From a virus (Duplodnaviria; Caudoviricetes): a stretch of 64,000 nt of DNA. Where the stretch lies: IMG/VR virus record IMGVR_UViG_3300036770_007283. One strand, 5' to 3'. A model generated the notes under the pieces. It made no database searches, was not told the DNA's origin, and was given only the letters and a program-made list of their open reading frames with translations. A program made the translations under genes and the position numbers. Shown here piece after piece: positions 10,808-20,342 of this stretch (its first letter is position 1; every line of letters begins with the position of its first letter).

Positions 10808-11767
10808 TCAGCTTCCTCTGGTAAATCTATTCCTACTAATTCCTACGTTATTTATCTCAAGATTTGTTGATTCTTGTGTGTTTGAGAATCTAGATGTTAT
10901 AGATTGACTAGAACTTACACCTGAATCATTCGAGTTTGCCTGGCTATCTTGCCTTCTATAACTTTCTGAAACTGGAAAAGTTAATTCATCTTCTCTTGGT
11001 CCTTCTACAGGCATTGAAGCAGAACGTGGTTCGTTATTTGCATCATAAGGGTTTCTATGCCAAGGCATAAAGTTTGATCTACTACCAGATCTTTTAAATG
11101 CATGAAATGTAAAGGTATAAGTAAAATTACCCGTTGTTTCTGCACCTTCATCGAAGTTAAAATCTTTAAATATTCCCTGGTATCTTTCACCATGCCAATA
11201 CATAATTACACTAGTTGCATAAGCACCTAAAGTTGGAGATAATTCAATTGCGGCAGGATTATTATTTACAATTCCTGCTGCAGCATCTGTTACTTGTTCT
11301 ATAATTGAACTAACACCATTTAAAATATCGGAAGCTCCACCTCCAGTAAAACTATCTAAAACACTTGTAGTATCGCTTAAAAAGTTATTTAGCGACACAC
11401 CATTCCCTATAGTTCTACCTTCAAATGCGCTTATAAATTCTTGCGAGTTATTTGCTGCTCTGTTCCTTAAAATATTTGTAAATTGGATAATTTCATTTCT
11501 ATAAACGTCCCTTAATATATTTATAGCTTCAATGCCACCAGACCCCACCTGACCAGTCACGCTAATATTGGTATATTGTTCGCCCCAGTATTGAACTATA
11601 TATCCACCCTTGGTATTTGACTCATTCATTAGTTTTGAATTTGTAATTCTTATCGTTGTTGGATTAATATATAGTGGGATTACAGACCTTCCCAAGACAT
11701 CATTTCTACCTAGTGACTCAGCAGACACAGGAACTAAAAATTTCATAGTTCTTCTTTGAACTGGCAT
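10808..11767 (-). CDS. Putative tail tube initiator / baseplate protein, 319 aa
   Basis: LYINPTTIRITNSK...TKGGYIVQYWGEQYTNISVTG and GIFKDFNFDE...FTYTFTF patterns; directly after the tape measure gene. Confidence 0.5.
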   Translation of the reverse strand: MPVQRRTMKFLVPVSAESLGRNDVLGRSVIPLYINPTTIRITNSKLMNESNTKGGYIVQYWGEQYTNISVTGQVGSGGIEAINILRDVYRNEIIQFTNILRNRAANNSQEFISAFEGRTIGNGVSLNNFLSDTTSVLDSFTGGGASDILNGVSSIIEQVTDAAAGIVNNNPAAIELSPTLGAYATSVIMYWHGERYQGIFKDFNFDEGAETTGNFTYTFTFHAFKRSGSRSNFMPWHRNPYDANNEPRSASMPVEGPREDELTFPVSESYRRQDSQANSNDSGVSSSQSITSRFSNTQESTNLEINNVGISRNRFTRGS

Positions 11768-11782
11768 ATATGCTCCTAATCG

Positions 11783-13552
11783 CTATCTTGCAGTGAGAGT
11801 ACCGCTGATTGAATTAATTAAAAGATCAATTTTACTTATCAATACGTTCATAACATCTGTTGTGCCATCAACTGCGGTTGCTGCTGCAGAACCAAATTGG
11901 GTTTGTCTAATCTTATTAAATAAATCATCAAATTCTTGTCTAAGTTCTTCAAAAAATTCATCGATATTACCTGCTGCAGTTTTAATTTTATCGAAGACTT
12001 CTTCACCAAGCTCATTAAAATCAACAATTGGTTGATTACCATAACCCCTATTAAATTCGGTAATGTCACCCCGAAATCTATCAACCCCCTCTCTCTGCAT
12101 CCTTCCTACCAATGCTGCCAAAGTATCCGCACTTAATCGGACACCCTCTGTAAACTTTTTGTTTAATAATTGTAACTCAACATAGGTTGAAGCAGTAGAG
12201 GCAGCAGTTTTTTCTTCATATGATGTGGTTTGATTTCTAGCAGAGATTATTTCCTGTAAGTCTGTCCCCAAGGACTCTGCCAAAGATTGGTCACCACTTT
12301 TATTAGCTTCGTTTAATTTTTCTAACAACTCCAAAGTTCTATCTTGTGTTGCGGTATCTGTTATTTTATAAATGTCACTTAATAATTGTGTTTGTGTAAA
12401 AAATGCTTGTTGTAGCCTGGGATCCTTATCTGCTTCGGAGACTGTAACTATATTTCCGCCCGCAAATGAAGATAAAGTATTTTTCATTGCATTAGCTAGA
12501 TCCATCGCTAGTTCTGATTGGTCACCACCCTCTGCTAGTCTAGCCCTCAAACCAATGCTGGCACCCAATGCGCCCTGTCCAGAGCCAATATCTAATCCAC
12601 CTCTTTGAAAAGTTAAATAAGCGGCAGAATAATTAGATGACAAACCCACCAAAGAATTGCTTAATGTTGTTGACAAGCTTAAAGCATTTTCCATACCCAA
12701 GCCCATATCTTCTAAACTATCTGCAAAGCCTTCTAATGCTGGACGACCAAAGCTAGCATTTACACCTAGCTTACTGAGGTTGCTAGCAAAACTATCTAAA
12801 TTATCTGCTATTTTACTTACCTTAAGACCTGTATCTGCTGATATATCACCAAACATAGCCATTTGCTCTACAGCATCTTGTGCTGATAATCCCTGGACCA
12901 TCATGGCACTAGATAAGCCTTTCATATAATCAGTTAAAGTCATCCCCAAAGAACTAGAATGTAAAAATGCTGTATTTAAAAGATCCATACTTCCTGCTGC
13001 GGAAGTTATTGTTTTGCTCATATTTTCTATAGAAATTCCAGCATCAGCCATTGTCTTTGCAACAGCTACCCTATCTGCTGTTGTAATAAACCCAAACTCT
13101 GCAGTTGCAAATTGTTGCGCAGAAGTCATTATATAATCGCTATATTTTTTTGCCTCTTCAAAGCCCTTACCAAAGCCTGCTGCATTCTTATACATTGCCT
13201 CGTTTAGATCCCTTGTGTATGCAGTGGCAACATCCATGGCTTTTCCGAAGCTATTTAAAAGCGTAATTGCTTCGCCGCCAACTCCCAATATTGAACCAAA
13301 AGTTTCGTTAACTTTGTTAAGACCATAGGTAAGCGGACTTAATGCACCAAGTGAAAGCTTGTCGGCAAATGAAGTCATAAGAGATATTGCACCACTAAGG
13401 TTATTATTAACTGCACTAGCAGCCGCCGCAACTTTGTCAAATCCTATACCACCAGAAGCCGCTGCTTTATTTAAGTTATCAAAGGCAGCAATACCACTAG
13501 CTACAGACTGATTTAGTTTGTTTAGAGCTTGTGTCGCTGAATCTGTTGCCAT
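11783..13552 (-). CDS. Tape measure protein, 589 aa
   Basis: Ala/Gly/Leu/Ser-rich helical composition. It sits immediately after the frameshifted chaperone, the conserved position of TMP genes. Confidence 0.75.
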   Translation of the reverse strand: MATDSATQALNKLNQSVASGIAAFDNLNKAAASGGIGFDKVAAAASAVNNNLSGAISLMTSFADKLSLGALSPLTYGLNKVNETFGSILGVGGEAITLLNSFGKAMDVATAYTRDLNEAMYKNAAGFGKGFEEAKKYSDYIMTSAQQFATAEFGFITTADRVAVAKTMADAGISIENMSKTITSAAGSMDLLNTAFLHSSSLGMTLTDYMKGLSSAMMVQGLSAQDAVEQMAMFGDISADTGLKVSKIADNLDSFASNLSKLGVNASFGRPALEGFADSLEDMGLGMENALSLSTTLSNSLVGLSSNYSAAYLTFQRGGLDIGSGQGALGASIGLRARLAEGGDQSELAMDLANAMKNTLSSFAGGNIVTVSEADKDPRLQQAFFTQTQLLSDIYKITDTATQDRTLELLEKLNEANKSGDQSLAESLGTDLQEIISARNQTTSYEEKTAASTASTYVELQLLNKKFTEGVRLSADTLAALVGRMQREGVDRFRGDITEFNRGYGNQPIVDFNELGEEVFDKIKTAAGNIDEFFEELRQEFDDLFNKIRQTQFGSAAATAVDGTTDVMNVLISKIDLLINSISGTLTAR

Positions 13553-13641
13553 AATTCCTCTCCCTAAGTATTAAATTTATCTATAGTATTTTTAATACTA
13601 GATAAATCAGATGGTAACTTTGCTCTTGATACATCATAATT

Positions 13642-14010
13642 TTCATTCTGCTTTCCACTTTGCTCTAGCTTTCTCATCCTAATAACTGCATCTAACAAGT
13701 TGTTATTCTTAAAATCGCCTGTTACGATCGACTTCTCAAACTCAGCGTCATCTTTAAACCTATGGTCTGGTGGACTTTTTCTATATTCTTGAATCTTTTT
13801 AACTGCTTCTGCATTCCAGAATGAAGCAAGATAATCTATTTTTGATAATTGTTCCTCGTGTTCTTGTTTTTTATCTTGATATAATAATTCAGAATATAAG
13901 ACCCATTGATGTATGGTTATATCATCAAAGATAGGATCGTCTATTCTACACTTCCAAAGCTTAGATAATTCCCATCGGAGCCAGATTTCTGGCTCCTTTA
14001 TTAGTTTTTT
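13642..14010 (-). CDS. -1 frame extension of the tail assembly chaperone (gpGT-like fusion, about 300 aa); not in the ORF track
   Basis: The -1 frame from the slippery site reads KLIKEPEIWLRWELSKLWKCRIDDPIFDDITIHQWVLY...RKLEQSGKAE to a TGA at 13644-13642. It has no early ATG of its own and fills the gap before the TMP gene. Confidence 0.85.
13977..14010 (-). other. Programmed -1 ribosomal frameshift signal: slippery heptamer plus downstream hairpin
   Basis: A AAA AAC (14010-14004) is in the correct X XXY YYZ phase just before the TAA. A 7-nt spacer follows, then a perfect hairpin GGAGCCAG-AAAT-CTGGCTCC (13996-13977). Confidence 0.88.
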
Positions 14011-14543
14011 GAGTTTTCCTTGATGCCTCCATCATTATATAGACCCATTGATCTTTCGACCATCTTTTCATAATGTTCAAAAATTTTATCTACTAGCGAG
14101 GCTTGAAATTCCATAATAACCTCTACTTTTTGTTCATATTCTGACAGATGTTGCTCGCCAGAGTAAATTTCATTTAGTGACAGACCATTAACTGATACAA
14201 TTGCCTCAGCTAAAGTATAAGGTTTTATATTAAGAATTCTTTCATCTTGTTCTATCTTCATTAATCTTTTGACTATTTCCTTTTGCTGCCTGCTTGATAG
14301 TGTTGATATTTTAATTGTTGAATCACCAATAGAAATATCTTCGACCAACTTTCCAAAAAGTGCTAGATTTTTAAACCCAGGGGGAATGGGCTTGTCTTCT
14401 GCTGCCTCATTTTCAAATACTTCCTCGTTAGCTTCACGAACTTTGTTAAGTGCGCCAACAACACCCTGTGGTAAATTACCCATAGCATTCTTAGCTTTTG
14501 TTGCTGTTTGGTGTTCAACTACACCTCGGCCTGTTCTACTCAT
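14001..14543 (-). CDS. Tail assembly chaperone (gpG-like), 180 aa
   Basis: Lies between the tube and TMP genes and ends on the slippery heptamer. Contains LAEAIVSVNG and FQASLVDKIFEHY, as in myophage chaperones. Confidence 0.8.
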   Translation of the reverse strand: MSRTGRGVVEHQTATKAKNAMGNLPQGVVGALNKVREANEEVFENEAAEDKPIPPGFKNLALFGKLVEDISIGDSTIKISTLSSRQQKEIVKRLMKIEQDERILNIKPYTLAEAIVSVNGLSLNEIYSGEQHLSEYEQKVEVIMEFQASLVDKIFEHYEKMVERSMGLYNDGGIKENSKN

Positions 14544-15151
14544 TTATCACCTCTCTTAATGTTTTCACTAACTTTAATGCACATGGTTATAAATTGCAAA
14601 TGCGTTAGATTGCCTTTAAACTTTTGACAATCTATACAACATGATACCAGATTATCAATATTATAACCACCGGAAATATTTATCAACTCCAACCTAATTT
14701 TTTTTACTTTAGAACTACAATAAAAACAATCTTTGTTCCAAAAGCTATCAAACTCTTCTAACTCAATACTGAATGGCACCTTTTCTTTTTGTGCTTTTTC
14801 TTTATAGATTGCATAACTTCGTGCTGGTTTATAATTATGACATCTTCTGCATTCTGCTCTAAAATAAGGTGGATTGGGAAGTTTTGAAAAATTATCTAAT
14901 GTTTTAAACTCACCACATCTTTTACAACTTTTTCCGCCCTCACAATTATATTTTTTTTGTGTATAAGAAGCTCTGCCTGATCCAGCACATTTTCTACTGC
15001 AATAAACACCCTCTGCATTTCTTCTTATTACATTATATAATGTTCCATATTTAACTTCAAAATCAGAATTACACCAGGTGCATTTGGCAGGAATAATTTC
15101 TAAATTTTTCCAAATTTCTTTATCATTTTTAAGCTGCTCTAAAGTATACAA
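14540..15151 (-). CDS. Zn-finger/HNH-family endonuclease-like protein, apparently degenerate, 203 aa
   Basis: Several CxxC pairs (CTWC, YCSRKC, CKRC, CRRC). The C-terminal CFYC...GYNIDNLVSCCIDCQKFK matches the phage HNH pattern CxYC..DRxD..GYxxxNxVxCCxxCN. TTG start with GGAG upstream; ATGA overlap with the chaperone gene. Confidence 0.7.
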   Translation of the reverse strand: MYTLEQLKNDKEIWKNLEIIPAKCTWCNSDFEVKYGTLYNVIRRNAEGVYCSRKCAGSGRASYTQKKYNCEGGKSCKRCGEFKTLDNFSKLPNPPYFRAECRRCHNYKPARSYAIYKEKAQKEKVPFSIELEEFDSFWNKDCFYCSSKVKKIRLELINISGGYNIDNLVSCCIDCQKFKGNLTHLQFITMCIKVSENIKRGDK

Positions 15152-15235
15152 AAACTACTCCTGTTTATATGTAAAAAAGTACCAGAAATAAATTTAAAAG
15201 ACTTTTTTATTTAAAACAGAATTTTTTAAAGAAAA

Positions 15236-15264
15236 TAAAAAACCCCCTAAAGAGGGGGTTTTTA
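15236..15264 (-). terminator. Rho-independent terminator after the tail tube gene (bidirectional form)
   Basis: The minus strand reads AAAAACCCCCT-CTTT-AGGGGGTTTTTT followed by ATTTT. Confidence 0.85.
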
Positions 15265-15280
15265 TCATTTAAACTTGTGA

Positions 15281-15886
15281 TTAGAATGCAGCGCTAATTA
15301 GACCAGGGAAGTCTAGGGCACCTCTTCTAGCACCGGAATCTGCCAGTAATTCAACATCATCCAACTGTGTTGGAACCTGTCTACCACCACCAGTACCTTG
15401 ACTCAAGGCTACTGCTTCACCACCGCGGATGGTCCTAACAGTTTCTACTAGTACGTTTGCAGTTTCAGATATTACATAGTTTTCTGAACTGTAAGTCTTT
15501 GATAGAGTCTTGAACCAGCAATTTTGATAAGTGGTAATAACTGCATCATCATCTGTTCCAGTGTATTGATCAATTACTACAATATCAAAAGGTATTCTTT
15601 GTGCCTTTAGATTCTTAAATCCTCTGGAGAAAGCTTCTGGTAAGCTTAATCCATCGAATACAATTCTAGTAATTGTAAGATCTACGTCTGCAGAAGAATC
15701 AGGTACAGCTTCGATAACGCCGTCTGTACCTACTTCACGAATTCTTTTGATCTGTCTATTTTGTGTTTCTTGGAATGACTGAACAGCACCAACAGGTTCA
15801 TTATTAACTAGAATAAGAATCTGTGTAGATAATGCTGTTCTGGTAGTTCCATCTAATACAGAGCCAGATTTAGGATAAGTTGCCAT
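15281..15886 (-). CDS. Tail tube protein, 201 aa
   Basis: Directly follows the sheath gene. VGAVQSFQETQNR...REVG, LTITRIVFDG, PFDIVVID and YQNCWFKTLSKTYS are tube-like patterns. Confidence 0.85.
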   Translation of the reverse strand: MATYPKSGSVLDGTTRTALSTQILILVNNEPVGAVQSFQETQNRQIKRIREVGTDGVIEAVPDSSADVDLTITRIVFDGLSLPEAFSRGFKNLKAQRIPFDIVVIDQYTGTDDDAVITTYQNCWFKTLSKTYSSENYVISETANVLVETVRTIRGGEAVALSQGTGGGRQVPTQLDDVELLADSGARRGALDFPGLISAAF

Positions 15887-15898
15887 TTAATACTCCTA

Positions 15899-18800
15899 TT
15901 ATAGGATACCGACTTCAATATCGATAAAGATATAGTTAATTGGATATGCTGGCTGGAATCTCAAATACACATTCCACTGTCTTGGGTCAAGCTTATCTCT
16001 TTCAACCTTAACATTTTTATAACCAGTAATTAATCCTTGTGAGACTAAGGAAGATAAAATTCCAATAATTCTGGATGTCATTGCACCCTGTGTATTGTTG
16101 TCTTCTACAACGCCAACGAATGCTTTGAGTCCTTGTCTTAGAACTTCTTTAACTCTATCTCTAATGAAGATTATGGAAACTTCCTCATCTTCTACGAATC
16201 CAGACTGGCTAGTAGTCCTACCTGCCAAAACCTGTCCACCACCAACAACTGGCTGTACAACTGTGGCACCAACTGCACCTAGTTGATTTAGAATTACAGG
16301 GCGGTACTTCTTATCTCTAAGAATTGTGAAGCCTGAAAGAACTTTGTTAGTTAGTGGTATTGCAACGTTTTGTGTAGCAGATAAATAACCAGCGGCAGCA
16401 GCAGCCATATAGAATCCGTCAATAAAGGTGTTTGCACCCTGAATGGATCTTACTACCTGATCTGGATAGAAATAGACGGCTCTATTGCTGGTGTAGTTAT
16501 CACTAAGCTTGTAGTTTTGTAGATCTTCAGTATTTCCATCAAGAACTTCTTCTGGATCGTCGCCCTGAATACCTTCTAGAATGCCAATGTCTTCTACTGC
16601 AACTTCTTCTAATCCAATAAGAGCCTGAGGTGTTACGCCTTGTTGTGCGCCAAACATTGTAACTCTTTCTTTTTGGATTGCAATAGTGCTCATGGTTTCT
16701 ACGTGCTGAATTGCAGCGCGGAAAATTCCACCCCTATTTTGTAGTGGTAATGGAACTACAATCTGGCACTCTTCTGCTTCTAGAGCCTCAAATGCTTCAA
16801 ACCAATTTGTATCAAAGAAATCTGCATCAACTTCATCAACATAAGAAATCTTAATTCCATCGCCAGACTTTAAAGTTCCGCTAGATACTAAATCTTTGTG
16901 GAAAAGTACTGCGGCTCTTTTGTTGGTAACATCACTCTCATCTTTGATAAAGAATTGCATTTCGGTAGCGCTGTTTGTAAGGCTGGTTGATAAACCATCA
17001 TTAGCAACAACAATAACAGTTTGGTCATCCACAATATCAGTGATTATCAATTCTATACCTACGGTGGTAGAGCCAAATAGTGCAAGGCTAATATCGTCTG
17101 ACTTAGTCTTTAAAGAACCAAAAGAATCTTTAAGGCTCTGGACAACTATAATCTTGCCTACGTCTGTACCATCAAAATTTACCTCTGAACTGGTAAAAGT
17201 TTCTGATGAAGCAGCCACACTGCCAGCAAATCCTTGGCCAATAATCTTGGTATCTGTATTGATTATAGTGTAAGAGAATGGATAGGATGGATTTGATATA
17301 AACTGTGCTTGTCCAGTTGGGCTTTCAATTTGTGAATTGTAAAACTCTACCTTATTTGGGAAGATTTGTGTTTCAACACCCTTTCTGACAACAAAGAAGT
17401 TAACTTGCGAATCGCTTTGTGGTCTTGCTTTTTGTAATCCAGATAGGGGCCTTGGAATTATAAAAGTAAGATCATCTGGTTCACAGTTTGCTGCGTTGCC
17501 ACCGCAGGCCTTAAATCCACCTTGACCATTAGAATTTGCTTCTTGAACTAAGAAGGCAGTTGTTCTTCTTGGAATTGGTGGCTTGCACTGTAAGGCTAGA
17601 ACATAAGGTGCTTGGTTCTCAAAGCAAAGTCTAGCGCCAAGTGATAAGGTATTTTTAACACTCTCTTGACCATGCTTTTTAGCAAGCTCTTGTGCGCTGA
17701 CAAAAAGTTCTGGATCGTTAATATCACTTTCTGCAATATACTTAACTTCTAGTCTATCATTCTTTTTTAGTACTCGGGATTTTACATCGATAAAGAATTT
17801 ATCGCCAACTTCAAATGGAACATTTCCTGCTTTAATTCCAAAGACTAAAACACCATTGGTTTCTAGCATATGGAACTCTAGATCTTTTTCACCTAAGCCA
17901 TCTGCATCATCATCAACTAGGTTAGGGAATCCAACATTTGGCTCGCCTAATTTGCTAACTCTTAATCTTCTAGAAGAAGTTACTTTATCTACTCTGTAGA
18001 ATCCAGAAAGTCCAGGTGTGTCACCGCCACAAATTGCTAAAACCTTTCCAAGATCGGAACTTGAAAAAGCGCCAGCAGTTGCAGGGGCACCAGTTATACC
18101 GTTATGTACTACGCTGGGATCATCAATAAATAAATTCTTTGCTCTAATCTCCCAGGCTACATTGAGTGCATCGTAAGAAAAACTATCAGTTACCAAGGTT
18201 AAGGTTGTGGTATCAGTTCCTAAGTCATAATCGATATCTTCAATTTCAATTCCGGTATATCCATCTGCACAAAGAAAATCACCAGGAACTACCTGGCCTT
18301 GTGTTATAAGATCGCCGTCGAACTTAAAGTATCTGGTAGTAAGTGGTGTAGCATCACCACTTAAAACAACCGAGTTACCTAAACCAAAGTCATCGCTAGT
18401 AGCTACAACAAAGCCGTCTTGGCAGACATCTTCATTTCCTGAAACCGCACCCTTGATGCTAGTATAGTAAGAATCATGAAATAAAATTGGTTGACCACCT
18501 GATGTAGTTATTTGTCCTGATACAGAGCCAGATAATGTAAAAGTAGTTTGGCCAGGAATTGGATCGCCGTTAGAATCTCTGATAACAGAGACTGCTCTAA
18601 GTGTCCATCTTTCTGGTGGTGCGTTTTGATCTAAGATTGAGATAAGATTTACGCTGCCACAGATGCCATCTGGTAAGTAACCATTTCCAACGTTGATGCT
18701 ACTAGCAGACCACTTCTTTCCATCTTGATCACCTATACTAGCGCCCTGAAGTTCAAGGCATCCGGTATCTGGATCAAGCCTAAAATCAAATTGACCATCA

Positions 18801-19117
18801 AATGGTAGTCCATCTAATTCTGCTTCAATACCTCTAAGTGAGGAACCGTTTAAAAATACTTCGGTTCTTCCGCTTATAATTGGTGAAAATTGTAAGCTAA
18901 AGAATCTACCTGCTGGATTTCCATCGGGACTGCAATCTGGATTGCCATCTCGACCATTACCTATAGCTGCTTCAACGACAGTCTCTTCTCTAAGACCTTC
19001 ACCCATAATGCAGGGAATTCTTAATCCGCCCGGGATTGTTACGCCCCGAGAGATTACTCGATCCCTAGCAAATACGCCAGGTTGTACATATCCTGATATT
19101 CCTGGGATGTTAGCCAT
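15899..19117 (-). CDS. Contractile tail sheath protein with large insertion domains, 1072 aa
   Basis: The N-terminal YVQPGVFARD and C-terminal IFIRDRVKEVLR...ITGYKNVKVERDKLDPRQWNVYLRFQPAYPINYIFIDI are sheath hallmarks. Confidence 0.92.
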   Translation of the reverse strand: MANIPGISGYVQPGVFARDRVISRGVTIPGGLRIPCIMGEGLREETVVEAAIGNGRDGNPDCSPDGNPAGRFFSLQFSPIISGRTEVFLNGSSLRGIEAELDGLPFDGQFDFRLDPDTGCLELQGASIGDQDGKKWSASSINVGNGYLPDGICGSVNLISILDQNAPPERWTLRAVSVIRDSNGDPIPGQTTFTLSGSVSGQITTSGGQPILFHDSYYTSIKGAVSGNEDVCQDGFVVATSDDFGLGNSVVLSGDATPLTTRYFKFDGDLITQGQVVPGDFLCADGYTGIEIEDIDYDLGTDTTTLTLVTDSFSYDALNVAWEIRAKNLFIDDPSVVHNGITGAPATAGAFSSSDLGKVLAICGGDTPGLSGFYRVDKVTSSRRLRVSKLGEPNVGFPNLVDDDADGLGEKDLEFHMLETNGVLVFGIKAGNVPFEVGDKFFIDVKSRVLKKNDRLEVKYIAESDINDPELFVSAQELAKKHGQESVKNTLSLGARLCFENQAPYVLALQCKPPIPRRTTAFLVQEANSNGQGGFKACGGNAANCEPDDLTFIIPRPLSGLQKARPQSDSQVNFFVVRKGVETQIFPNKVEFYNSQIESPTGQAQFISNPSYPFSYTIINTDTKIIGQGFAGSVAASSETFTSSEVNFDGTDVGKIIVVQSLKDSFGSLKTKSDDISLALFGSTTVGIELIITDIVDDQTVIVVANDGLSTSLTNSATEMQFFIKDESDVTNKRAAVLFHKDLVSSGTLKSGDGIKISYVDEVDADFFDTNWFEAFEALEAEECQIVVPLPLQNRGGIFRAAIQHVETMSTIAIQKERVTMFGAQQGVTPQALIGLEEVAVEDIGILEGIQGDDPEEVLDGNTEDLQNYKLSDNYTSNRAVYFYPDQVVRSIQGANTFIDGFYMAAAAAGYLSATQNVAIPLTNKVLSGFTILRDKKYRPVILNQLGAVGATVVQPVVGGGQVLAGRTTSQSGFVEDEEVSIIFIRDRVKEVLRQGLKAFVGVVEDNNTQGAMTSRIIGILSSLVSQGLITGYKNVKVERDKLDPRQWNVYLRFQPAYPINYIFIDIEVGIL

Positions 19118-19180
19118 TTAATTCCTCCAAAAACCTATATAATAAACAATCATCTCAAACCTTTATATTAGTAGTTAAAT

Positions 19181-19996
19181 TTAAAGTTTTATTTCCGCAA
19201 TTTCTATTACATCTTCGAATTTCAAAGATTGTACATCCGATATTGTATTTTTTCCAGGAATTGGTGTTCTTGATACATCAAAATAAAATACAATTTTTTC
19301 AACTACATTTTCTAATGGAATCTCAACCCGCCATTCGGATCTGGTAGAGATTGATATCGTGTGACTAAACACAAAATCATTAGCATATGGTTCCGCATTT
19401 TCAGCGCTAACATTTAAACTTTTTATAAATAAACCATTTGCTCTTAATTCATTCCAAGATACATATTGCAAAATTAATTTGGTTATTTCTGTTATTTCCT
19501 CTAACTCACTATGACTTTCAGAATAAATTGATATATCAAAATTAACTTCCCAGGCTCCAGCATAAACACGATGTGTCGGTGTTAAAATTTCTTTGACTGC
19601 ACCAAATTCGTCTTCGACCAAATCTTTTCTATACTTAGTAGAATAATTCTGATTAAAACCTAAAGCGACAGAAGTTCCGCTGGAAGTCTTTACCGTTATA
19701 GCAGGGTAAAACTTAATTTCATATCTATAAACATCTGTTATCAAAATCTTGGTTGTAGATGGATCGTCAATCGTCAAACCCGTTAAGTCAGGTGTGGCTG
19801 GATAACCATATTCGTCATGCCTATATGTATAAATATTGTCCTTGCTAAAGTGCTTTCTTAAAGTATCTATCAGCAAGTTCTTGGGCTGAACAATAGAAAC
19901 GTTTTGAACTATATAGTTATCAGCAAAAAAATTAGAATATACTCTGTGATCTCCGCTAAATCCTGTTCCTGGAAGATTTTGAGTATCAATTCCCAT
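19181..19996 (-). CDS. Putative tail completion/terminator protein, 271 aa
   Basis: Immediately upstream of the sheath gene. FYPAITVK and VNFDISIYSESHSELEEITE patterns resemble gp15/gpU-type terminators. Confidence 0.55.
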   Translation of the reverse strand: MGIDTQNLPGTGFSGDHRVYSNFFADNYIVQNVSIVQPKNLLIDTLRKHFSKDNIYTYRHDEYGYPATPDLTGLTIDDPSTTKILITDVYRYEIKFYPAITVKTSSGTSVALGFNQNYSTKYRKDLVEDEFGAVKEILTPTHRVYAGAWEVNFDISIYSESHSELEEITEITKLILQYVSWNELRANGLFIKSLNVSAENAEPYANDFVFSHTISISTRSEWRVEIPLENVVEKIVFYFDVSRTPIPGKNTISDVQSLKFEDVIEIAEIKL

Positions 19997-20003
19997 CTGT
20001 TAA

Positions 20004-20342
20004 TTACCTCATGTTAATAGGTGTATATCTTATTTCTTCAATAGTCTTTGCTTTTTCACAAAAGTTTTTTATTTTAGATAGGTGACGATCTAAAATCTCC
20101 CTATCTTTAAAATCTGAATTATTAATAATAATATGTTTCCTTATTAATAATTCTACCACAATCTCATCTTCCCTTGGGAATGGTTCTTTCCCAGTAACTA
20201 TTTCGGTACAGTTATTACTAGAAGTAATTCTAGGCCCTTCTTTACCTAGCTTATCATATATAAAATTTACTATATTATTAACTGTTTTTTCCAGCTCAAA
20301 ATTATATTCTGAGTTATTATTAAAAATTTTTACAGAAAACAC
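20004..20342 (-). CDS. Hypothetical protein, 112 aa
   Basis: Tightly coupled ORF in the operon. Confidence 0.6.
   Translation of the reverse strand: MFSVKIFNNNSEYNFELEKTVNNIVNFIYDKLGKEGPRITSSNNCTEIVTGKEPFPREDEIVVELLIRKHIIINNSDFKDREILDRHLSKIKNFCEKAKTIEEIRYTPINMR

Noticed and set aside
11783-19996. Tailocin/eCIS or T6SS-like locus instead of a phage
   Set aside because: Capsid, portal, terminase, prohead protease and replication genes are contiguous with the tail genes.
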